From a virus (Duplodnaviria > Caudoviricetes): 33,435 nucleotides of DNA. Position numbers and translations under genes: made by a program. Below, piece by piece: positions 1 to 8,585 of the stretch (position 1 is its first letter; every line of letters begins with the position of its first letter). The notes under the pieces were generated by a model, which was not told the origin of the DNA, did no database searches, and worked only from the letters and a program-made list of their open reading frames with translations. The stretch lies in the IMG/VR virus record IMGVR_UViG_3300044580_000097, positions 1-33,435 of that record; one strand, written 5' to 3'.

Positions 1-1
1 C

Positions 2-2014
2 AACATCTGTATAACCTCCGCCTGTTGAAATAAACTTTATGTTACCGCCGATTTCCCCTGTGTTTAAATTGAAATATGTTGATCCGTCAACCGATGATAT
101 TACACCGGTTCTGATAAACTGTCCATTAATCGTTGTTTGACCATAAGACAGGGAAATACCACGCACATCAGATACCGGTGTATGCAGGATACCGACAAGA
201 AAATACCAGTAAGTGGTATCAGAGTCAAATTTAATCGCATTTTCCGACAGGTAGATATCACCTGTAGATCCGGTGCGTGAACAGCGGGCATAAATATACA
301 GTGCCCTGGTTTGGTTATCAGCGGTAATGGTTATATTTCCCGATGCAATTACCCATTCTTTTATCTGATCATCAACCAGGGAGAAGTGTGTCAACAGTCC
401 GGCACTCCAGTACATCGACTGGGGATTAGCATTATAATTGGGTTGCAACAAACTTGTTAACTGGTACTGTTGCGACTTGGCACCCACGGAAAGCATCCCG
501 GTTTCAATCGACAATGGCCGGATATTATCAGTGTCGAAATACCCGTCCGGGTCGAACACCATCTGCTTAAGCTCACGTGTACGCTGGTAGGCTTCAATAC
601 CCCTCTGCTTGTTAGCCTGATTGCTAACAACGACCTGGTTGTTTATCTCCCTTAGCTCACCAGCTATGCGTTGCAGTGTTGATCGGCTAACGGTGTTTGA
701 TAGTTCAATTTGAATATTATACCCATCCCTGATGCCTTTTTGAAGCTTTACAATGCGGATATCCTCATCAATGCCCAGATCGGCATCATACACATGAACC
801 TGATCACAGCACTGGATAACCGGCAGGTTTTGTTTGGCGTATATGGCCGAGAACCGTACCCGGTAATCAACTTTTGCCGTATTGTTATCGGAAAGGTACT
901 CCTGAGCCTTTGCAAGCAGTTCCGCCTCGGCGGCCTCGACATAAGCCTGGGGCATCACAACATCAAGCAGGACGTACTTATCACCAACGGCTGGTTTGAG
1001 GAGGTCAGTAGGCAACACAAGATCCTCATCCTTGCTGTTTTCAATTATGACGAATGTTTTCGTGCTATTGTTGTACGACCTGATTTCAAAGTCATACCCG
1101 GCACACTCGCCGGTTAGGAACCTGATCTTAGCCGGTACCCCGGGCATAAGACAAGCATTCACGTCAAAGTCAATAGCTGAGTCGCTGAAGGTATACTTAT
1201 CACCTATGGCCGTAACAACACCGGCACCAAGCAGCGAAAGGCGGGGGTATATATCCTCGAATGTTTTTACCTGCTCGATAACACCATAGGCCGAAACGTT
1301 CGATTCTATATAGCTGTTTGGTGCAGGTATTAATAACCTGCCGGATCCATTACGGTACTGGGATGAAATATTCTTATCAGAACCAAAAGCATATAACCTG
1401 GTAACAACATCCTGACTGTTGACCGACACCCGCTCGATGTCATAAGCCGTTGAACCGTACTGAAGCGTAAGCTCGCGGGATGTGGCTATTTTATCGAGAT
1501 AAAACGTTTTGTTAATTACATGAAATTCGGTATCAAATTCTTGTGCCAGCCTTTCAAGAACCGCGTGGCAATTCTCGTTTGTAAACGTGAGTGTTTTATA
1601 CTCTGAATCCGGTACCGTACCCTTATTCCATCCCGAGGAAATACGGTTCATGTTGGCAACGAGCAGATCTACGAAAGTGCCGGCCGTTCCGGTCAGGGTG
1701 AATTCTCCCTGAGCCGGTGTGGCCGTGTTGTCAAAGAGCATGTATATCGCTTTAAGCAAATCATAACGCGGGTGTTGGAAAACAGCGTTATACTGATACA
1801 ACCGGGTTGATATCTTCTTAACCGTTGGCAGCTTGTTAAGGGTGTATTTCACACCCTCGAAGGTGATATGGTCACCGATAAGCAGCTCAAGGTAAGCCGG
1901 GCGTTCAAACACCAGGGTAACCTGATGTTCACTCATCAGGCTTTCGGTATATTGACCGGATGTCATTGGTTCAACATCGGCCACCTTGGTTATATTTCTG
2001 TAAATGCTAATCAT
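2..2014 (-). CDS. Phage tail tip/baseplate hub (Tal/tail-spike-like) protein, partial (runs off left edge, >671 aa)
   Basis: Not in ORF track. Read manually: ATG at 2014 (MISIYRNITKVADVEPMTSGQYTESLMSEHQVTL...VVTRLYAFGSDKNI...), open to base 2; follows TMP and Dit-like gene. Confidence 0.85.
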   Translation of the reverse strand, partial: MISIYRNITKVADVEPMTSGQYTESLMSEHQVTLVFERPAYLELLIGDHITFEGVKYTLNKLPTVKKISTRLYQYNAVFQHPRYDLLKAIYMLFDNTATPAQGEFTLTGTAGTFVDLLVANMNRISSGWNKGTVPDSEYKTLTFTNENCHAVLERLAQEFDTEFHVINKTFYLDKIATSRELTLQYGSTAYDIERVSVNSQDVVTRLYAFGSDKNISSQYRNGSGRLLIPAPNSYIESNVSAYGVIEQVKTFEDIYPRLSLLGAGVVTAIGDKYTFSDSAIDFDVNACLMPGVPAKIRFLTGECAGYDFEIRSYNNSTKTFVIIENSKDEDLVLPTDLLKPAVGDKYVLLDVVMPQAYVEAAEAELLAKAQEYLSDNNTAKVDYRVRFSAIYAKQNLPVIQCCDQVHVYDADLGIDEDIRIVKLQKGIRDGYNIQIELSNTVSRSTLQRIAGELREINNQVVVSNQANKQRGIEAYQRTRELKQMVFDPDGYFDTDNIRPLSIETGMLSVGAKSQQYQLTSLLQPNYNANPQSMYWSAGLLTHFSLVDDQIKEWVIASGNITITADNQTRALYIYARCSRTGSTGDIYLSENAIKFDSDTTYWYFLVGILHTPVSDVRGISLSYGQTTINGQFIRTGVISSVDGSTYFNLNTGEIGGNIKFISTGGGYTDV

Positions 2015-2444
2015 ATTGCCTGTTTGTCGGATCTGGTTCTAAAAGGGATAATTCATACGCGACTACTACCGCGCCGGATTTTAGTGACCCTGATTTTGAA
2101 GTACACTTTGCGCCCTCGTAAATGAGGTTCACCCTTAGCCCCAAATCGGATATGTAGAGGGAAAATGAGCCGGCTTTGTCAATAAGGCCTAACAGGGCAT
2201 TATATCTCGACCAGAACTCGGCTGATGTGGATGCGGTTATGGCCAGGGAAAGCTTGAACCGTTTCGGCTCATAAACCACTGCGGTGGTGGTGTCAACATC
2301 CACGCCGTTCTTATCGGCGTAGTCATACTCCAAGCGTTTTTTAGGCACCGGTGGCGACATGATATCGCCATAACTACCCTTCAAGAGCAGCACTCCCAGA
2401 TCAGCGTAAAGATCTACATCATCTATCACCCATTTACCGTTCAT
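2007..2444 (-). CDS. Distal tail (Dit)-like protein
   Basis: 145 aa, beta-rich, directly downstream of the tape measure gene. Confidence 0.65.
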   Translation of the reverse strand: MNGKWVIDDVDLYADLGVLLLKGSYGDIMSPPVPKKRLEYDYADKNGVDVDTTTAVVYEPKRFKLSLAITASTSAEFWSRYNALLGLIDKAGSFSLYISDLGLRVNLIYEGAKCTSKSGSLKSGAVVVAYELSLLEPDPTNRQYD

Positions 2445-2462
2445 TTAAACACTTATTAAAAA

Positions 2463-5400
2463 TCATTTAACAATAGTTCCATTTTGACGAATGTACTCAA
2501 TATTGGCATCGATACGATCGAGCAGTCGGCAGTACTCGGTATTCTCCCGGATGCGTTCCATGGTCGCGAATATGCGCGTCATGGCCTCACCGGTATTTTT
2601 ACTTGTTGCCAGGATGGCGGCAACATTCAATCGCATGGCCGCCAGCTGGCCAACCAGGGCAGAGCCTGTTTGCTCGGTCATATTTGCCACATCGCCCCTG
2701 ATTCCGCTTTGGGTGTTTGCATCTTTTGCGCCATCGAACATGCCGTCAAGTACCTGGTTAGCCTGCTCGAAAGCGGCATAAAAGTCGGTACCGAGCGCCT
2801 CAATGGCTTTGCGGAACTTATCCGCCTCGGCATTGGATAACCCGCCGCCACTTTCCATATCGGCTGCAAAAGCATCAATGATGCCCTCGAGAGGTTTTTC
2901 CAGGTACCGGAGCTTCAGGCTGTTCACAACGGCGCGCTTGATCACATTATCAATCACATCGCCCATGGCCTCGGCAGCGTCGGCGCCTTGCTCAAATGCC
3001 GATACAAGTGAGTCGGCCAGCTCGGAAGCCAGGTCCTTTACCGAGGTTTGTGCAATGCTTTCCGCGATGTTGTCGGTAATGTCTTCAATCTGTCCTGTCA
3101 GTTCGTCAATTGTTGATTGCCACTCCGCTATTGCAGCCTGATCCTGTTTTTTCTTCTTTTTCTGTTCCTCAAGTTCAATAAGCCGGTAATACTCGGCAAT
3201 CTGTTTTTGAAGGTTAGCAACCTGCTCCCGCTGACTTTTATATACATCCGTACCCAGCGCCTTATCAACAGATCGTTGAAGCTTATCATACGCCCTGGTA
3301 AGATCCTCAACGTTTTGTTTGGCCTGCTTTTGCGCTTTCTCTATATCTTTCGATTTTTTATCAAATAGTTTAAAAGCGTTAACTAACAGCTCAATTGATC
3401 CCTGAATGATTTGGACAGGGTTCCCGGAGGCTATACCCATCGCCAGGTTAGCGGCACCTGTAACCATGCCTATGACTTCATTAGCAGACTTCTCCTGTTC
3501 CTCGCTGAGCAGCCCAAGCTCACTAAGTCCATCAACTGCCTGTGACAATATATTAACTACTCCCTGTAGAGCTACGCCAGCCGCCTGGGCCGTTGACTCG
3601 AGCGTTTTATTTGCCGCATCTTCTAACTTGGCAATATCTTCAACGGAGGCTCCACCCGACTTTGCCAGCGCAACGTCATCCTTTGCCTTTTTATACATTT
3701 TCAGCCCTTCAATAAGGTTTTGAAACGGGTTGTTTGAACTGTCCTTACCCGCGTTAGAGGCATCAAGGGAATCAAGTATCTGCTGTGCGTTCTCTTTTGT
3801 GATCTTACCGGCCGCGAGTTCGGCATCTACCCTCTGGCGGATCATCTCGATAAGTTTTTCGGTTGTTTCCTTGGAGATGGTCAGCTGGTCGTTAGTAGCC
3901 AGTTTATAGGCCTCCAGCTCGGTAATGGTGGCAGTCGTTGCCTCCGATATCTTTTTATCACGTTCTGCCTCCAGCAGCTTGGCGTAGTTCTCCATCCCTG
4001 CCGACCTGGCTTGTTTAATCTGCTGCTCATAATCGTGTTCAATTTTAACACGGCTATCGGCTGCCTCAGCTGCAAGCTTATTTATATCATCGTAATATTT
4101 TTTTTCTTCCCCTTTGCGCTTAGCGTTATATGCTTCCTGTAGCCTGGATATAGCCTCCTGATTTTCTGCAGCAAGTTTCGGGTCAATGTCGGCAATGGAG
4201 GTGGCAGCCTTGAAACCTTTTTTGTCTTTGTTGGCCTGGTTATACTTATCAACAATGTCCTGTTCCTTTTCCCTGATCTTACTAATCTCGGATTCCTTTT
4301 CCCGATCGATAGCATCAAGTGTCTTTTGCAGGTTTTCTTCACGCTGAGCAAATAGCAAGTCGGATGTCTGCCGGTTAATATCCAGCAGCTGGGCTCGGAT
4401 AGCCTTTGCTGCATTGAATGTTTCTTTTTCCGATTTGGGCTCGTCAACTTTTATATCCAGACTCAACAAACCTTCTTTTTGTATATAATCCTTTATTCTG
4501 TCTGCCTCTTTTTGTAGCTTATTTATTTGCGTGTCAACATTCTCGTTTATTGCTGAGGCAGCCTCTTCATTAATTGTAACACCTCCTTGATATTCATTCT
4601 TATTTTTAAATACGTTTGGGTTATCGGCAATATTGTATGGATCAGCAGGCGAAACCGGCTTTGTAATTCTTAATTTTTGTTTTTCAAATAGCTGAGCGTA
4701 TATTTTTTCAAGTTCTTTTTCGGCCGCCTTTAATCGTAGCGACTTATCCAGAGATTTCATATACTCATCAATGGCTTGCTTATTTTCACGAATAACACGG
4801 CCTTCCTTGTCAAGCTCGGCGGTATATCCCGGCATAATGCTTTTCAGTTTTTTAATAATAGCAAGCTTTTGATTTCTTGTAACATTATCTGATTGCAATG
4901 CGGCACGTAACGCCTCAACTTTAGTCAGCTCCTTACCGTATTCCTCCGCCGTGGCTTTAGCAGCTTCCCGCTGAGACTTAGCAGCCTCCTCAGCCGCTTT
5001 ACGCTGTTCCTTGTTTTTTGTAGTGACCTTATCAAGTAGTATAATAATCGCAGTTATAGCAACCGACAGTCCAAGCGTTAGAGTAGCCATTAGCGCCTTT
5101 GCTGCCACGGTAGATATACCCAAGGTTGTTGCCACCTTCAGGTTAGCCGCTGCCCACATTGTTTTAGCTTTTACAAGCAAAACCGTCGTAAAATAAGAGT
5201 CCTTGTTAATTGTTTCGGATACCTGCTGTAATCCGATTGTTATCGCCATTACAGCCTGCAATCGGGTTTGAATTCTTGTTAGTTCTTCATTCTCTGCACC
5301 CATAAGTGCAGCAACACCGGTGGCGGCGCTCATTGCACCTGCCAGTCCGCTAACACCGGAAGCTACGGCACGGAACCCCTTCTGATCATCGGCGAGAATC

Positions 5401-5873
5401 TTGGCTTGCATCGAAGTATCTCCCATTTGGTCATTCAGCCGGCCAAGCTCTGTTGCGACTTTGTTGTATGCCTCCGACCCGCGCTGACCAGCCATCTCCA
5501 TCTTTGCCAACTCGTCTTTCAGATTCATCACCTGCGTTCTCAGTCGTGCGTGGGCACCGGCAGTAGTATTCACCTTCGACTCTAAATCGGCAAGAATGTT
5601 TTTTTCTTCCTCAAGTGCTTTTTTAGCTGCGTTTAGCTCAGATCCAAAAAAGTCACGTTGCCTTCCCGGCGCAGCTTGTTCGTATGATTTTTGCAGCTTT
5701 TTCAGGTCGGCCTCAACCTGTGCTATGTTGGATTTGGTGTCACGGATCCGCTGCTGTGTTTGCTCAATTGCAGCTTTACCGGCATCGGCTACCCCGTCAA
5801 GCGCTTTCTTGGTTTTTGGCGCCTGATCGTCAACGTTTCCGCCTATTATGAAGTCTATATTTACCGGTTCCAC
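2463..5873 (-). CDS. Tail tape measure protein
   Basis: 1136 aa, Ala/Lys/Glu-rich coiled coil with hydrophobic Gly/Ala segments; follows chaperone pair. Confidence 0.9.
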   Translation of the reverse strand: MEPVNIDFIIGGNVDDQAPKTKKALDGVADAGKAAIEQTQQRIRDTKSNIAQVEADLKKLQKSYEQAAPGRQRDFFGSELNAAKKALEEEKNILADLESKVNTTAGAHARLRTQVMNLKDELAKMEMAGQRGSEAYNKVATELGRLNDQMGDTSMQAKILADDQKGFRAVASGVSGLAGAMSAATGVAALMGAENEELTRIQTRLQAVMAITIGLQQVSETINKDSYFTTVLLVKAKTMWAAANLKVATTLGISTVAAKALMATLTLGLSVAITAIIILLDKVTTKNKEQRKAAEEAAKSQREAAKATAEEYGKELTKVEALRAALQSDNVTRNQKLAIIKKLKSIMPGYTAELDKEGRVIRENKQAIDEYMKSLDKSLRLKAAEKELEKIYAQLFEKQKLRITKPVSPADPYNIADNPNVFKNKNEYQGGVTINEEAASAINENVDTQINKLQKEADRIKDYIQKEGLLSLDIKVDEPKSEKETFNAAKAIRAQLLDINRQTSDLLFAQREENLQKTLDAIDREKESEISKIREKEQDIVDKYNQANKDKKGFKAATSIADIDPKLAAENQEAISRLQEAYNAKRKGEEKKYYDDINKLAAEAADSRVKIEHDYEQQIKQARSAGMENYAKLLEAERDKKISEATTATITELEAYKLATNDQLTISKETTEKLIEMIRQRVDAELAAGKITKENAQQILDSLDASNAGKDSSNNPFQNLIEGLKMYKKAKDDVALAKSGGASVEDIAKLEDAANKTLESTAQAAGVALQGVVNILSQAVDGLSELGLLSEEQEKSANEVIGMVTGAANLAMGIASGNPVQIIQGSIELLVNAFKLFDKKSKDIEKAQKQAKQNVEDLTRAYDKLQRSVDKALGTDVYKSQREQVANLQKQIAEYYRLIELEEQKKKKKQDQAAIAEWQSTIDELTGQIEDITDNIAESIAQTSVKDLASELADSLVSAFEQGADAAEAMGDVIDNVIKRAVVNSLKLRYLEKPLEGIIDAFAADMESGGGLSNAEADKFRKAIEALGTDFYAAFEQANQVLDGMFDGAKDANTQSGIRGDVANMTEQTGSALVGQLAAMRLNVAAILATSKNTGEAMTRIFATMERIRENTEYCRLLDRIDANIEYIRQNGTIVK

Positions 5874-5878
5874 TGCAT

Positions 5879-6076
5879 TTAATGTATTAGCTGTTCCAAC
5901 TGATCCCAGGACTCGGGACCTATCACATTCTTTTCTTTCTTCTTTACACGGGGCGAATCAGCCAATTTCAGCTGAAGTGTCAACCAGGACTCTCCCCACA
6001 ATATATAGTCGTGAGACCAACCGGTCTCCTTTTGTATGCTCCAAATCAAACCAAAGAGGCTATGGGAACCTTCCAT
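5879..6076 (-). CDS. Tail assembly chaperone T part (C-terminal extension of the G-T frameshift product)
   Basis: 65 aa ORF reached from the upstream gene by a -1 shift at A AAG GGG (6097-6091); sits just before TMP. Confidence 0.75.
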   Translation of the reverse strand: MEGSHSLFGLIWSIQKETGWSHDYILWGESWLTLQLKLADSPRVKKKEKNVIGPESWDQLEQLIH

Positions 6077-6084
6077 CGTGTTCT

Positions 6085-6600
6085 TTAACTCCCCTTTCCG
6101 TACGGACTCAAATTCATCGGCGATGTCACTTTCATCATCGAGAGAAATTTGATAGAATTCATAAAAGACTCAGCCCTCGAGTAGACCAATAGCCACATAA
6201 CCAGTTCCTGTAACTGATCAGTATTGAGTGTAAGTCTTAAGTACCTGGCAACCACTTTTTGAAAAAGTATGATTTTCCAGTTCCGGTTCAAAATACAGGC
6301 AGCCACTGCACGTGTTACCGGCACTATATTCCCGGGTATTACTTTGGCGTCAATACTTTTTGCCTGCGCTCCCATTTGAGATATTACACCCTCGGCATCC
6401 TTGCCCACCGGCAGGTCCTTGAAATCATCAATTCCGGGCATTTCATAAAGGTGAATCAGCGAGCCCAAATACAAGCGTCGGATAACGATCCTTATTTTTT
6501 TCTTCCCGAAAACTCGCAATAAAAAAGGCGCCGGTATATGAAATGCCGCGCCCCTATCGAGCAGCGCCTGGGCTGCCGCCTGTTCTATAATTTTATCCAT
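6085..6600 (-). CDS. Tail assembly chaperone G
   Basis: 171 aa between tail tube and TMP genes; slippery heptamer just before stop. Confidence 0.75.
   Translation of the reverse strand: MDKIIEQAAAQALLDRGAAFHIPAPFLLRVFGKKKIRIVIRRLYLGSLIHLYEMPGIDDFKDLPVGKDAEGVISQMGAQAKSIDAKVIPGNIVPVTRAVAACILNRNWKIILFQKVVARYLRLTLNTDQLQELVMWLLVYSRAESFMNSIKFLSMMKVTSPMNLSPYGKGS
6091..6097 (-). promoter_or_regulatory. -1 programmed frameshift slippery site A AAG GGG
   Basis: X XXY YYZ in frame with G; -1 frame reads KGELKNT-MEGSHSLF, joining ORF 5879..6076. Confidence 0.75.
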
Positions 6601-6619
6601 AAGCGCGTGTGTGTGTTAT

Positions 6620-6655
6620 AGCCGGTCAGTGCCATGTTACTTCCACTGACCGGCT
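6620..6655 (-). terminator. Intergenic stem-loop after tail tube gene (attenuator/mRNA stabiliser)
   Basis: Perfect 12-bp stem AGCCGGTCAGTG / CACTGACCGGCT; no strong U-tract. Confidence 0.55.
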
Positions 6656-6661
6656 GATTTG

Positions 6662-7159
6662 TTATCCGTAGATAATTGGTTTTACGCCGGTTTTAGTCGG
6701 CTGAAGAACGGTGCCGGAAATGATAACCTGTCCGATTCCTGATTTGGAGAGGGTGTAGTTAATCCGGGCACGCAAGCTCACACGCGGTAAAGTAATTGGC
6801 TTGCCTGATTTAGGAGTAATCTTAACCGATTTCTCGATTATTACGGCCGTATCGGGAGCTTCCCACTTCTCGTTAGGAGAGGTACCGGTTACGGCACCAC
6901 CAAGTATCTTCACCAGATTTGCAGGGGTGAAGTCTATAATAGCCCATTCAACCGTTGATCTGCCCTTTGTTGGAACGATAATCACGGGATCGTCTACATC
7001 TTCCACCTCATGCTCGATTGCTTCCCCCTCAGCCTGTTCCATCCGGGCGGTATCCTTGTAAATTTGTCCAACACCCTCGAAAGATGTTGCAGCATCGCCA
7101 TCGACGGCTATTTCGCCAATCTCAATTTTTGCGATACCTGTTAAATAAGTTTCTGCCAT
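6662..7159 (-). CDS. Major tail (tube) protein
   Basis: 165 aa beta-rich protein upstream of G/GT and TMP; no sheath gene present. Confidence 0.75.
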   Translation of the reverse strand: MAETYLTGIAKIEIGEIAVDGDAATSFEGVGQIYKDTARMEQAEGEAIEHEVEDVDDPVIIVPTKGRSTVEWAIIDFTPANLVKILGGAVTGTSPNEKWEAPDTAVIIEKSVKITPKSGKPITLPRVSLRARINYTLSKSGIGQVIISGTVLQPTKTGVKPIIYG

Positions 7160-7189
7160 TTTTCTATTTGATAAAAGTTATTATTTGAA

Positions 7190-7738
7190 TTAAAACACAC
7201 GGAATTTCCGCGATAATTTATAAGCTATAAAAGCAAGCAGAGAGGCCCAAAACACGAGACCCGACCACCAGAGAAAGCCCCGAACATATTCGGTTGTTTT
7301 GACCGTTTTGGTGATAGTTACCGTTTTGGTGATAGTTACCGTTTCTTTTATCCTGATTTGCTTTTCCTTTTGCTTCACATACACCGTATCCGGAACCGTT
7401 TTGGCCTTTAAGTCCAATACACCATTTTGAAAACTGAAGGAGGAAGACATGTTCTTACTTTTCGACTCTGACAGTCCGCGCAACAGCACATTATTCAGAG
7501 AATCGCACTCGAAAAGTGCCCTAAATGTCAGGCTGTCGGAAGGTACCGCAAATGGCACCATTGTCTCCTTTTCGTACACGGATAATTCAGAAGTTGAATC
7601 AACACCTCGCTCGATGTTTTTACACCCGGTTAATACTGATGCCAGGGATATAATCAAAAGAATCAGCAACAAAAAGACACTAAGCCTGATTGCCTGCCAG
7701 TGTGCTGGCCTCTTCTTTTTTCTGCTCAAGGTTCTCAT
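7190..7738 (-). CDS. Putative unimolecular spanin (lipoprotein with C-terminal TM helix)
   Basis: Basic N-region, hydrophobic stretch, lipobox VLTG-C; beta-rich middle; C-terminal TM FLWWSGLVFWASLLAFIAY followed by basic tail; in lysis cassette. Confidence 0.7.
   Translation of the reverse strand: MRTLSRKKKRPAHWQAIRLSVFLLLILLIISLASVLTGCKNIERGVDSTSELSVYEKETMVPFAVPSDSLTFRALFECDSLNNVLLRGLSESKSKNMSSSFSFQNGVLDLKAKTVPDTVYVKQKEKQIRIKETVTITKTVTITKTVKTTEYVRGFLWWSGLVFWASLLAFIAYKLSRKFRVF
7302..7344. repeat. 18-bp tandem repeat (~2.4 copies) encoding TVTITK in spanin
   Basis: ACCGTTTTGGTGATAGTT x2 plus partial ACCGTTT. Confidence 0.9.
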
Positions 7739-8027
7739 GATTTATCTCTTTCAGTAATTTTAGGATCTGTTGATTTGTTCGTGTTAACTTCTGAATGGTA
7801 GCTTCCATTTCCTTGATGCGGGAAAATAGTTTACCCACTTCATCCTCGAAGTACTTTTCCCGAGCTTCGAGCGATTCACGCCAGATCTTAGCAACCCGGT
7901 CGAGATTATCAATTTCATTTGCCCGCACACCTGCCATTGCTTGCCGCTTTTGCGTGCGCAGCATCAGCAAAGTGGTAATGAAGCCACCGCCAAAAAGAAT
8001 ATTGAGTATTAAGCTGATGTATTCCAT
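7680..8027 (-). CDS. Putative holin / lysis membrane protein
   Basis: N-terminal TM (YISLILNILFGGGFITTLLML) followed by coiled coil; between amidase and spanin. Confidence 0.55.
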   Translation of the reverse strand: MEYISLILNILFGGGFITTLLMLRTQKRQAMAGVRANEIDNLDRVAKIWRESLEAREKYFEDEVGKLFSRIKEMEATIQKLTRTNQQILKLLKEINHENLEQKKEEASTLAGNQA

Positions 8028-8038
8028 GACTGGGGTAA

Positions 8039-8509
8039 TTAAATCATTCGATATTCTTTCTTTGCATCAAAGCAGGGACACTGTTTAATCCACTCATCCG
8101 GGCTAATAACCCCATCGCCGTTTTTGTCCGGGGAAAGGTCCCTGTGTCCAAGGATCTCCGAGTCAGGATAAAGCACAACCAGCTCACGCAACAGCGCTGC
8201 AATAGCATCCTTCTGTTGCTGTGTTCTGGTGTCAGCTATGTTGCCGGAGGCGTCAATACCACCCTCGTAGCATACACCTATACTATCCTTGTTGAATCCG
8301 GTCACATGAGCGCCTGCAAGGGCAAGCGGTCGAAGGGGAACGCGCTGGCCGGATCGACGAATATAAAAGTGATAACCTGCCGAGTTGAAACCCCGCTCCC
8401 GGTGATCACGCTCCAGCATTTCAGGGGTGTAATCACGCAGAACAGATGTTGCCGAACAATGTACCACGATAAGGGTTATATTTCTTGATTTGCGTGCCAT
8501 AAGCTTCAT
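8039..8509 (-). CDS. Endolysin, N-acetylmuramoyl-L-alanine amidase (Amidase_2, T7 lysozyme-like)
   Basis: IVVHCSAT, GYHFYI, GAHVTGFN, SIGVCYEGG, GHRD, KQCPCFD motifs. Confidence 0.95.
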   Translation of the reverse strand: MKLMARKSRNITLIVVHCSATSVLRDYTPEMLERDHRERGFNSAGYHFYIRRSGQRVPLRPLALAGAHVTGFNKDSIGVCYEGGIDASGNIADTRTQQQKDAIAALLRELVVLYPDSEILGHRDLSPDKNGDGVISPDEWIKQCPCFDAKKEYRMI

Positions 8510-8524
8510 TTGTTTTGTTAACTA

Positions 8525-8555
8525 AGGGCGGAACTTCCTCGAGCGGTCCCGCCCT
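8525..8555 (-). terminator. Stem-loop between capsid and endolysin genes
   Basis: AGGGCGG (8525-8531) pairs with CCGCCCT (8549-8555). Confidence 0.45.
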
Positions 8556-8585
8556 ACTCACACACGGGTTTTTACCTTAAAAAAA

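Noticed and set aside
100-2125. Short track ORFs (100..291, 470..655, 710..1117, 748..942, 996..1289, 1868..2125)
   Set aside because: All overlap the long minus-strand tail ORF 2..2014 that the track missed because it has no stop in the window
8085-8140. EF-hand-like DKNGDGVI loop in the amidase as a novelty
   Set aside because: Common insertion in Bacteroidota T7-like amidases, as far as I recall
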